Shown here piece after piece: positions 41,465 to 49,767 of a stretch of DNA of 64,000 nucleotides. The translations under genes were made by a program, and so were the position numbers. The notes under the pieces were generated by a model. It made no database searches. It saw only the letters and a program-made list of their open reading frames with translations, and was not told the origin of the DNA. Each line of letters starts with the position of its first letter. Position 1 is the first letter of the stretch. Location: the NCBI GenBank assembly GCA_963815115.1, contig CAWFFN010000009.1:576001-640000 (forward strand), written 5' to 3'. The DNA comes from an uncultured delta proteobacterium (GTDB lineage: Bacteria; Desulfobacterota; Binatia; DP-6).

Positions 41465-42092
41465 ATGGCACCGCGAGCGACAATCTCGCCGGAGGTGATC
41501 GCTGACGTCCTCGCGATGTCGAGGCGGCGATGCTGCGTCTGCTTCAGCCTTTCAAGCGACACGGAAGAGAAGAAGGGCCAAGTCGCACACATCGACCGCG
41601 ATTCCTCAAACAGCGCCCGCGACAATCTTGTCTTCCTGTGCTTAGACCACCACGACCGGTACGATTCCCGCACGAGCCAGTCCAAGGGTCTCACCGTCGA
41701 GGAGGTCAGGGGATATCGAGCCCAGTTGGAACGCTTCGTCGCTCAATCCCTACCCCTCTCGGACATGGACGTCGCCCGCGCGCTCCTTGCTGGACTCGAC
41801 CGGCCTGCGTTCCGCACCCCGTTTCGCGAGGAGAGCTCGTTACCACGGTTCCGGAGAGCAATCGCTGAGACGATATCGGCGATCAACACTGGAAGGACGC
41901 CGAGCGGGACCCAACTCCCATCAAAGGCCGATGTCCGAGATCCGTCCGTGTGGCTGCCAGGATCCGGACTGCCCCGTCCACATGCTCAGCGACCGAGCAT
42001 ACCGCGAAATGGATCGACGCCGGCATGAACTGCTGGTCGCAGCCCAGGCGGTCGACCCCGCATTCCCGGTGAGTTTTTATGACATGGCGTGA
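41465..42092 (+). CDS. Cassette 1: HNH-like zinc-binding nuclease-domain protein, frameshift or deletion near 41950
   Basis: RRRCCVC...QVAHID..SSN..NLVFLCLDHHD; alternative-frame C-terminus ends just before attC. Confidence 0.65.
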
Positions 42093-42096
42093 TGCG

Positions 42097-42158
42097 GCCC
42101 AACAAGCCGATGCAGCGGACGGCACTTCGCGCCGCCGCTGATCGCCAGGACGTTATGC
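42097..42158 (+). other. attC site 1
   Basis: R'' GCCCAAC, internal palindrome CAGCGG(A)CGGC..GCCGCCGCTG, R' GTTATGC. Confidence 0.9.
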
Positions 42159-42172
42159 GACAGAGGTGAGCC

Positions 42173-42640
42173 GTGCATCAAACGTTTGACCTCATCGCGG
42201 CATTGGTGACGGCGCTCCTCACCGGCAGCGAATTGGCGATCGGCGTTTTCGTCCATCCCGTACTCTCAAAACTCCAGGAGGCCGCTCACGCTGAGGCGGC
42301 CAAGCCGCTGGCTCGACTGTTGGGGAAGGTCATGCCGTTTTGGTACGCGGCCGCATTGCTCTTGGTCGTCGTTGCGTTGCTCACTCGCGCGGTCGGCACT
42401 TGGTCTTGGTGGGCGTGTCTATCGTCCGCCGCTTTACTTGCCGTTACTGTACCATTCTCGCTGATCTGCCTGGTCCCGATTAACAACCGCGTGGTCGCTT
42501 GGGATTTGAACGCGCTTCCTGGCGACTGGAAAAATGACCGCAGAAGATGGGACCAATACCACTCCATCCGAATCGTGATTCTAGTGCTGGCATCTGTTGC
42601 GATAATGGTTGCGGTCTTGTGGAAGTCCGGTGTCGCATAA
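42173..42640 (+). CDS. Cassette 2: DUF1772 (anthrone oxygenase-like) membrane protein
   Basis: Four TM segments; VPINNR..W...RRRWDQYHSIR; stop lies inside R''. Confidence 0.8.
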   Translation: MHQTFDLIAALVTALLTGSELAIGVFVHPVLSKLQEAAHAEAAKPLARLLGKVMPFWYAAALLLVVVALLTRAVGTWSWWACLSSAALLAVTVPFSLICLVPINNRVVAWDLNALPGDWKNDRRRWDQYHSIRIVILVLASVAIMVAVLWKSGVA

Positions 42641-42734
42641 CCAGCTGTTGCAGCGGACCGGGCGGGCGTTGCGGTCCTCGTGATTGGATAGTCGGTCGGT
42701 GCCCGCCCGGCCGCTGAACGTCAATCCGTTGGCC
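42635..42734 (+). other. attC site 2
   Basis: R'' GCATAAC (GTCGCATAAC is the perfect complement of the cassette start GTTATGCGAC); R' GTTGGCC. Confidence 0.9.
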
Positions 42735-42740
42735 TACCCA

Positions 42741-43541
42741 ATGAGCGCGCCGAACCCGAGCCCACCGACTCCCTTTGCCGGTACCGCGACTTACTACGCT
42801 CGACACCGTCCGCCGTATCCGGATGAGTTCTTGTCCGAACTGCGATCTCGCGCCAGGACCACTGGGTATGGTTCGCTGCTCGATCTCGCTTGCGGACCGG
42901 GCCGCGTGGCGATCCCGATGGCGCCGTACTTCAAGCGCGTATTGGCTGTTGATGTCGAAGCCGAGATGATTGCAGGCGGCCAGCAGGAAGCCAGCAGATG
43001 CGGCGTTACGAAGATCGCGTGGGCTGTGGGGCGAGCAGAGGATCTGCAACTCCCGGCCGCCTCGCTCGAACTCATCACCATCGGCGAAGCGTTCCACCGG
43101 TTCGATCAGGAGCGCATCTTGAAGCGTGCCGTGGGATGGCTTCAACGTCGAGGGTCGCTGGCCACGCTCGGCGCCGAGCCTGTGTGGCGCGGCCCGGAGG
43201 AGTGGAAGCGAGTACTCGTGGAGGTCGTGAACAAGTGGACGGGACAGTCGTTGGGTGACCCCAACGAGCATGCGTGGGGCGGTCCCATCGACGAACTCCG
43301 CACGGCAGGTCTGGAGGTGGAAGAGCGCGAGTCGATCGTTGAGCGGATATGGACGTGCGATTCGATCATCGGCTTCATGTTCTCTACATCCATCGCTTCA
43401 CGCCGGGTTCTGGGGGACCAGGCGAGTACCTTCGAAGCGGACTTACGCGGGGCGCTCCTCGAGGCGGAGCCGAGTGACCGGTTCGCTTCGATGCAGAGGT
43501 TCGGTTTCACCTTGGGCATGAAGGATGGCGGCGATGGGTGA
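42741..43541 (+). CDS. Cassette 3: class I SAM-dependent methyltransferase
   Basis: FAGTATYYARHRPPYP, LLDLACGPG and IGEAFH. Confidence 0.85.
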   Translation: MSAPNPSPPTPFAGTATYYARHRPPYPDEFLSELRSRARTTGYGSLLDLACGPGRVAIPMAPYFKRVLAVDVEAEMIAGGQQEASRCGVTKIAWAVGRAEDLQLPAASLELITIGEAFHRFDQERILKRAVGWLQRRGSLATLGAEPVWRGPEEWKRVLVEVVNKWTGQSLGDPNEHAWGGPIDELRTAGLEVEERESIVERIWTCDSIIGFMFSTSIASRRVLGDQASTFEADLRGALLEAEPSDRFASMQRFGFTLGMKDGGDG

Positions 43542-43577
43542 CGTATCGTTCCTTCGGGTGAACCTCCATCAGCGGCG

Positions 43578-43693
43578 GCCCAACAAGCCGCTGAAGCTGA
43601 CGGCCGCGGGCTTCTGCCACGCGGATGGCTTCGGATGACACGAGTCGTGGCACCTTTCACCCGCGGCCGCAGCTTAGCGGCCATCCGTTAGAT
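43578..43693 (+). other. attC site 3, R' core interrupted by IS110
   Basis: R'' GCCCAAC; AAGCTG(A)CGGCCGCGGG..CCCGCGGCCGCAGCTT; R' now GTTAGAT, reconstructed pre-insertion GTTAGGC. Confidence 0.9.
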
Positions 43694-43706
43694 ACTCTCT
43701 CCTTCG

Positions 43707-44699
43707 TCAAGCAGCCGTGTGGAACTTCTCCGCTACGAATGCCGTCCGGGTCGTGAGCATCCCGTAGATCGCGTGCAGGAGCTTGCGCATGACGGCGACG
43801 TAAGCTTGCAGCGGGGTCTTGCCGCGCGCGACGAGCTTCTCGTGGAATGCGCGCACGTGGCGATTGTGTTGGACGGCGACGAGCGCCGGCATGTACAGCG
43901 CCCGCCGGATGTGGGCGTTGCCCACCTTCGAGATGCGCGCGGGCTTGTCGACGGACGTGCCCGATTGATGGGCGCGGGGATCGAGACCGGCATGGGCCAC
44001 CCACTGCCGCACCGTCATGGACTCGGGCAGCACGAGCAGCTCGGGGAGCAGCTGGACGGCGCTGTGGGTCGCGATCCCGGGCACGGACACCAGGAGGTCG
44101 AAGGCCGTCTGCAGCGCTGCGTGCTTGCCGATGAGCGTGACGGCTTGGGCCGAGAGGAGCTCCATGCGGCGCTCGAGGTGGCGGACGTTCACGTCGATAT
44201 CGCGGCACACCACGGGGGACGCGGCTGCCGTGGCCTGCAGAGCGTGCAGGCGATTGCGTTCGCGCGTCCGCTCGACGACCAGCGCGGCGATCCGGCGCGC
44301 GATGGCGCGCAGCTCCAGCACGTGCGCCGCCGGCGGCTCCCAGGCCACGAACGGCATCCGGATGACGAAGTCCCGCAGCGCGACGGCGGCCGTCAGGTCC
44401 GTCTTGGAGCGCTGCATGAGCGCCCCCGTGAACTGCTTGATGGCCCGGGGGTTGGCCACCATCACCGCCACCCCCCGTGTGCGCTGCAACGCCAGCGCGA
44501 CGTCGAGACTGTACGTCCCCGTCGACTCCAGGACCACCCGCACCGTGCGCCCGCCCTTCGTCAGCCGCCGGACCAAGCGCTGGTGGCCGGCGGCGTCATT
44601 GTCGAAGCGCGCCATCTCGAGCCGGCGTTCATCCCGTCGCACCGCGACGTCGAGCACGGCTTTGCTGACATCGATTCCCGCCTCCGTCACCTTGCGCAT
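43707..44699 (-). CDS. IS110 DEDD recombinase/transposase
   Basis: GIDVSK (D10), VLESTG.Y (E58), KTDLTAA (D101; 4th Asp position is Ala104), SVPGI, AGLDP..HQSGTS and AVMRKL. Confidence 0.95.
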   Translation of the reverse strand: MRKVTEAGIDVSKAVLDVAVRRDERRLEMARFDNDAAGHQRLVRRLTKGGRTVRVVLESTGTYSLDVALALQRTRGVAVMVANPRAIKQFTGALMQRSKTDLTAAVALRDFVIRMPFVAWEPPAAHVLELRAIARRIAALVVERTRERNRLHALQATAAASPVVCRDIDVNVRHLERRMELLSAQAVTLIGKHAALQTAFDLLVSVPGIATHSAVQLLPELLVLPESMTVRQWVAHAGLDPRAHQSGTSVDKPARISKVGNAHIRRALYMPALVAVQHNRHVRAFHEKLVARGKTPLQAYVAVMRKLLHAIYGMLTTRTAFVAEKFHTAA

Positions 44700-44754
44700 C
44701 CTCCACCTCCAGTCCTAGTCTCGCGCTCCGGGCCCCCCGACCCTGCACCTTGCG

Positions 44755-44890
44755 CCTACCGCTCTTGTGGATGCAGGCTGCCGGCCTCGGATACTCCACG
44801 GCATAGGCGAAGAGGGCGGGGGGCCGATCTAACGAACAAGCTCACGGCTTCTAGGCAGTCCGGCCTTCCCGGAGCGCCCTCCTCGCCTAC
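44755..44890 (-). ncRNA. Predicted IS110 bridge RNA (target-binding loop plus donor-binding loop)
   Basis: Manual fold. TBL: GGCCG-GACUGCCUAG-AAGC(CGUGA)GCUU-GUUCGUUAGAU-CGGCC. DBL: CCG-UGGAGUAUCCG-AGGC(CGGCA)GCCU-GCAUCCACAAGAG-CGG. Loop segments match target and donor. Transcript ends are approximate. Confidence 0.85.
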
Positions 44891-44981
44891 ACCGTGAGAG
44901 TCCGCAGCTGAAATCCGAGATACAAGGCGGCGACGAAAGGTTCGTGGTTCAACAGTCCTTGTGTTGCAAAGGAGGTGTTCC

Positions 44982-45240
44982 GTGGACGACACCCTTCTGG
45001 TGTTCCTGGAGAAGCTGGCGAGGATTGGAGAGGATAACGACGCTCGCGAGACCGCGCGTCCCAAACGCATGCTCAACATCACGCGCGACACGGGTCGCCT
45101 CCTCTGGATCCTTATCAGGGCCATGGGCGCCACCCGGATACTGGAGATCGGTACCTCCAACGCATTCTCCACAATCTGGCTGGCCGATGCCGCACGCTCG
45201 ACCGGCGGCCGCGTCACAACGCTTGAGCTCAACCCCTTAT
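44982..45240 (+). pseudogene. Cassette 4: 3'-truncated O-methyltransferase
   Basis: SD GGAGGT; ILEIGTSNAFSTIWLADAA..GGRVTTLELNP, then homology breaks off into an attC 3' remnant. Confidence 0.75.
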
Positions 45241-45270
45241 GCAGGCTGTTAGGCGCTTGGTGGTGCTTTC

Positions 45271-45792
45271 GTGCTCGTGAACATCGCAACGATTGAGACG
45301 GAGCGGTTGAGGCTGCGGGCATTTGACGGCGGCGATCTACAGCCTTATGCCGAGATGTACGCGGACGACCTGTTCGTTCGTTATCTCGGTGGGAAGACGC
45401 TGACCAAAGAGCAAGCTTGGGAGAATATGGCCATCATACTGGGGCACTGGTCTCTGCTTGGATACGGCATCTGGGCAATTGAACGCCTAGGAACCGGTGA
45501 GCTTGTTGGAAGAGCTGGTCTATTGAATCTTCCTGGCTGGCCCGATGTGGAGGTCTGCTGGGCATTGTCCCCAAGCTTCTGGGGTAACGGATACGCTACC
45601 GAGGCGTCAAAGGCCGCTATCAATTGGGCATTCCGTGAGGCGGGCATGCGTCGCCTCATCAGCCTGATTCACCCCACAAACCAACGCTCTGAAGCGGTCG
45701 CGCTTCGTCTGGGCGAACGGTTTCGCGAACAAATCACCTTCGAAGCGAAGCCAACCAATGTATACGAAATCCTCAATGCACAACGCGCCTAA
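45271..45792 (+). CDS. Cassette 5: GNAT acetyltransferase (RimJ/RimL-like)
   Basis: IETERLRLR, FWGNGYATEA and IHPTNQRSEAVALRLG; lower GC; preceded by GTTAGGC at 45248-45254. Confidence 0.88.
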   Translation: MLVNIATIETERLRLRAFDGGDLQPYAEMYADDLFVRYLGGKTLTKEQAWENMAIILGHWSLLGYGIWAIERLGTGELVGRAGLLNLPGWPDVEVCWALSPSFWGNGYATEASKAAINWAFREAGMRRLISLIHPTNQRSEAVALRLGERFREQITFEAKPTNVYEILNAQRA

Positions 45793-45852
45793 CAAGCAGT
45801 TGCAGGTGACGCTACGCCTGTGGCGCAGCGCACCTGAACTGCGGCGTTAGGC
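45787..45852 (+). other. attC site of cassette 5
   Basis: R'' GCCTAAC; CAGGTG(A)CGCT..AGCGCACCTG; R' GTTAGGC. Confidence 0.92.
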
Positions 45853-45870
45853 GAGTCCGCCGCTCGCCCC

Positions 45871-46901
45871 ATGAAAACCAAGCTGACACACCTCGCGCTG
45901 GCAGCAACGCTGGCCCTGATCCCGACCATCGACTGTCAGGCTCAGACCGTGCCCGTTACCGTGGACAACTTCATCCGCGCCGAGTCCGACTTGTATCTCG
46001 GCGGCATTCTCAAGGACAGCGGCGGAGCCCTCGGCGAGTTCAACCATCGCCGCGAACCTGCGGACATCGGCAACCAGACGGTCATCCGCTTGAACCGCGA
46101 CACGCTCTATTCGTCGGTCGTGTTCGACCTCGATGCCGGACCGGTGACCATCACGCTGCCCGATGCGGGCCCGCGCTTCCGCTCCATGCAGGTCATCAAT
46201 CAGGATCACTACGTGCCGGCGGTGATCTACCAGGCCGGTGCCCATACGCTCGACAAAGCCCTGGTCGGCACGCGCTATGTGGCGGTGGCGGTCCGCACCT
46301 TGGTCGATCCCGCGAACCCCGAAGACGTCACGCAGGTCCACGCGCTGCAGGACGCGATCAAGGTCGAGCAGCCGGGCGGCCCCGGCAAATTCGAGATACC
46401 GGAGTGGGACGCCGCCAGCCAGAAGAAGGTGCGCGACGCGCTGCTCGTGCTCGCCACGACGATGCCCGACTTCAGGCAATGCTTCGGCACGAGAGAGCAG
46501 GTCGATCCCGTTCGTCATCTCGTCGGCAGCGCCGCCGCGTGGGGCGGCAATCCCGACAAGGATGCGACGTATCTCAACTTCACCCCGGCCAAGAACGACG
46601 GCACAACCGTCTACCGGCTCGTGGTCAAAGACGTGCCCGTGGAGCGTTCTGGTCGATCAGCGTCTACAACGCCAAAGGTTACTTCGAGCCGAACAAGGAA
46701 AGCGCCTACTCGGTGAACAACCTCACCGCGAAAAAGAGCGCGGATGGTTCGGTCGCCATCCAGTTCGGTGGCGCCGCTGATGGCGCGCCGAATTACCTGC
46801 CGATCACCCCCGGTTGGAACTACACCGTGCGCCTCTATCGCCCGAGGAAGGAAATCCTCGACGGCACTTGGAAATTTCCCGAGCCGCAGCCGGTGAAGTG
46901 A
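45871..46901 (+). CDS. Cassette 6: secreted DUF1254/DUF1214 protein, frameshifted near 46645
   Basis: [23 protein letters not shown], then [20 protein letters not shown] in another frame. Confidence 0.8.
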
Positions 46902-46938
46902 ACTCTCCCGTCATGCCGGGTTCCAGTATGAACACATC

Positions 46939-47028
46939 GGCTAACCCGCTGCAGCGAAGCCGGCGTGAGCGTCGTGGTTGGAATCCCCGCATCCCGTGCG
47001 CCGGGTCGCTGAGCTTGGGTCGGTAGGC
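46939..47028 (+). other. Degenerate attC site of cassette 6
   Basis: R'' GGCTAAC; CAGCGA..CCGGCG..CGCCGGGTCGCTG; R' mutated to GGTAGGC. Confidence 0.65.
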
Positions 47029-47037
47029 GCGCGGGAG

Positions 47038-47574
47038 ATGGCCGTGCCTGAATCAGGGTCTCGAGTGCCGACTCTGTACATTTTTTCCGGACTTCCCGGG
47101 AGCGGTAAGTCCACGCTCTCGCAATTGCTCGCGCGGCAACTCTCGGCGGTCTATTTGCGAATCGATACGATCGAGCAAGGACTACGGGAGCTTTGCTCGT
47201 TCGACGTGCAGGGAGAGGGCTACGGTCTCGCCTACAGAATTGCGTCTGACGATCTTCGCCTAGGACTGAGCGTCGTCGCGGATTCGTGTAACCCGATCGA
47301 ACTCACTCGGCGCGAGTGGGAACAGGTGGCACGCGATGCGCATGCTGACTACATCAACATCGAGGTCATCTGCTCCGACGCTCGTGAGCATCGCCGAAGA
47401 GCGGAGGTACGGGTTGCAGAAGTGTCTGGGTTGAAGCTCCCGACGTGGAGCGAGATCGAGAATCGTGAGTACCATGGCTGGACGGTCGACCGAGTGATTG
47501 TCGACACTGCGGGTAGGTCGAAGACGGAGTGTGCAAGTGACCTTCTCTCGAAAGTATCTCGGCGGCGCGCCTAG
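47038..47574 (+). CDS. Cassette 7: AAA_33-like P-loop kinase
   Basis: FSGLPGSGKST, YLRIDTIEQ and VVADSCNP. Confidence 0.85.
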   Translation: MAVPESGSRVPTLYIFSGLPGSGKSTLSQLLARQLSAVYLRIDTIEQGLRELCSFDVQGEGYGLAYRIASDDLRLGLSVVADSCNPIELTRREWEQVARDAHADYINIEVICSDAREHRRRAEVRVAEVSGLKLPTWSEIENREYHGWTVDRVIVDTAGRSKTECASDLLSKVSRRRA

Positions 47575-47667
47575 CCATTCGTTGGAGCGGACCCAACGAG
47601 GCGTCACGTCGTTTGCATGCACAAACGCTGCGCCACCTCGTCGGGCCGCTCTACTCAACTGCAGAAC
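47569..47667 (+). other. Degenerate terminal attC
   Basis: R'' GCCTAGC (mutated); GAGCGG(A)CCCAACGAGG..CCTCGTCGGGCCGCTC hairpin; no R' GTT. Confidence 0.55.
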
Positions 47668-47679
47668 GAGGGGACTCCC

Positions 47680-49095
47680 GTGAATCGAGACGACCTGTGC
47701 TACGAGGCCACGGCCTCCCTGGCGCGCCGGATCCGCACCGGGGAGGTGTCGCCGCTTCAAGCGGTCGACGCCTATCTCGAGCGCATCGAGCGTGTCGATC
47801 CACGGGTCCACAGCTACCTCCACGTGGCCGCCGACCACGCCCGCGAGGCGGCACGGCGGGCGGAGCGGGCGCTCGCGGCGGGCGGTGAGCTCGGCGCGCT
47901 GCACGGCGTTCCCCTGGCGGTGAAAGACCTGTTCGACACCGCGGGCATGCCGACGACCTGCGGATCGCCGCGCATCCTCGGCGGCAACGTGCCGACGCGC
48001 ACTGCGACCGCCGTCGAACGGCTCGAGCAGGCGGGAGCGGTGCTCCTCGGCAAGCTCCACATGACCGAGTTCGCCTTCATTGCCCACCATCCCGACACGC
48101 AGGCCGCGCGGAATCCGTGGGCGCTGGACCGCTCGCCTGGCGGCTCGTCCAGCGGCTCGGCAGTCGCGGCGGCGTGTGGGCTGGCGAGCGCGACGCTCGG
48201 GACCGACACGGCGGCGTCGATCCGGCTTCCGGCCGCGTGGTGCGGCGCCGTCGGGCTCAAGCCCACATGGGGGCGGGTGTCGCGCGACGGCGTCTTCCCG
48301 CTGGCGGCGTCATTCGACCAGGTGGGTCCGATGGCGCGGAACGTCGCGGACGCGGCGCTCCTGCTGCACTGTATCGCCGGTCCCGATCCCCGCGACCCGT
48401 CCACGCGACGACAGGAAGCGCCGCCTGCCGAGCCGGCGGCACGAGACGACTTCAAGGGTGTGCGCATCGGGTGGGATGAAGACTATGCGACGATGGGCGT
48501 TTTCCCCGATGTCGTCGCGGCCGTGCGGGCGGCACGAGGTCGCATGGAGGCGCTCGGGGCGACGATCGTCCCGGTCGAGTTGCCGGACCTGGAGACCACG
48601 GTGACGACCTTCACCAGCGTGTTCGACGTCGAGATGCGGGCCGCGCACGCGGGGCTCTACCCGGAGCGCGCTCCGGACTACGGCCCGCTCGTGCGCCACG
48701 CGCTCGCCCACTTCTCGACTCGCGACCCGCTCGTACACGTCGGGGGCGCGATCGAAGCACGCGCGTTTCGGCAGCGGATCGATCAGCTGTTCGACGCGAC
48801 CGACGTGCTGCTCTGTCCCGTGTCCTCCATCACCGCACCGCCGCGGGTCGACGAGGGGACGATCGTCGCGATCTTCGCGGACGACCATCGCAACATCATC
48901 CGCCTGACGCGCTTGACCTCTTTCTGGGACCTGGCCGCGACGCCCGCCATCTCGCTGCCGTGGGGCTTCGATCGCGATGGACTGCCGCTCGCCGTGCAGC
49001 TCGTGACCCGGGTCGGGACCGACGAAGCGCTCCTCTCGATTGCCGCGCGCCTCGAGGTGGAGGCGCCGGATCGCGGACGGCGTCCACCACTCTGA
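47680..49095 (+). CDS. Amidase signature family protein
   Basis: LHGVPLAVKD, PGGSSSGSA, LGTDTAASIRLPA and GLKPTWGRVS. Confidence 0.92.
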   Translation: MNRDDLCYEATASLARRIRTGEVSPLQAVDAYLERIERVDPRVHSYLHVAADHAREAARRAERALAAGGELGALHGVPLAVKDLFDTAGMPTTCGSPRILGGNVPTRTATAVERLEQAGAVLLGKLHMTEFAFIAHHPDTQAARNPWALDRSPGGSSSGSAVAAACGLASATLGTDTAASIRLPAAWCGAVGLKPTWGRVSRDGVFPLAASFDQVGPMARNVADAALLLHCIAGPDPRDPSTRRQEAPPAEPAARDDFKGVRIGWDEDYATMGVFPDVVAAVRAARGRMEALGATIVPVELPDLETTVTTFTSVFDVEMRAAHAGLYPERAPDYGPLVRHALAHFSTRDPLVHVGGAIEARAFRQRIDQLFDATDVLLCPVSSITAPPRVDEGTIVAIFADDHRNIIRLTRLTSFWDLAATPAISLPWGFDRDGLPLAVQLVTRVGTDEALLSIAARLEVEAPDRGRRPPL

Positions 49096-49110
49096 CCATC
49101 ACGCGGCGCC

Positions 49111-49767
49111 TCACGACGACGAACGCCACTCCGGCGCGAGACCGTCGAGCATCGCGGGCACCTCGCGCAGGTCGCGGACGACGCGAGCGCTCGAGGTATG
49201 CTCGCCCACGGCGATGAAGTGCACGCCTGCCGACCGGGCGGCGGCCGCGTCGCTCTCGGCGTCGCCGACGTAGACGGCGGCGGCGGGCGGCACGGCGAGC
49301 CTCGCGAGGCACTCCAGGATGACGTCCGGGTGCGGCTTGGGGCGTGGCACGTCGAGAACGCCGACGGCTGCGTCGAGCCAGACGTCGAGCCCGAAGCGGC
49401 GCACGACCTCGGGCACCGTGCTGCCGCGATTGGTGGCCATGCCGAGGCGCCACGAAGGCCGCAGGGTCGCCAGCACGTCGAAGAGTCCGGAGGCCGGCAC
49501 CATCAGCTCGTAGAATGGCTCGTAGTCGATGAGGCGGGCGACGCGTAGCGCCTCCTCGAGTGTCGCCGGATCTGGCCCGAACATCTCCTCCAGGACGCTG
49601 GACGCGGCCAGGAAGTGCGCCCGGCGCTCCCACTCCGCGTCCATCGGTGGGAGCCCGAGCCTCGCCCGGATCGCGTTGTAGTAGGCGACGTTTGCGTGCC
49701 AGGAATCGAACAGCACGCCGTCGCAGTCGAAGATGACCGCGCGCGCGGTCGCGGGCACGGGGCTCAC
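49111..49767 (-). CDS. HAD-superfamily hydrolase (phosphoglycolate phosphatase-like)
   Basis: IFDCDGVL, ATNR, KPHPD and YVGDAESD. Confidence 0.88.
   Translation of the reverse strand: MSPVPATARAVIFDCDGVLFDSWHANVAYYNAIRARLGLPPMDAEWERRAHFLAASSVLEEMFGPDPATLEEALRVARLIDYEPFYELMVPASGLFDVLATLRPSWRLGMATNRGSTVPEVVRRFGLDVWLDAAVGVLDVPRPKPHPDVILECLARLAVPPAAAVYVGDAESDAAAARSAGVHFIAVGEHTSSARVVRDLREVPAMLDGLAPEWRSSS

Larger units (their letters stand above)
43692..44926 (-). mobile_element. Complete IS110-family insertion sequence (bridge recombinase element)
   Basis: Core AG (CT on -) present at both junctions (43690-91 and 44925-26); ends join to AGAGTAT-CT-TGTAT; no long TIR or TSD; long non-coding left end. 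Confidence 0.93.

Noticed and set aside
44827-44858. ATCTAAC looks like an attC R'' box complementary to GTTAGAT
   Set aside because: No downstream R' GTT or attC hairpin; better explained as the bridge RNA right-target guide
42097-47667. Spaced palindromes as a CRISPR array
   Set aside because: Repeats are non-identical, separated by whole genes and bounded by RYYYAAC/GTTRRRY; no cas genes. They are attC sites.
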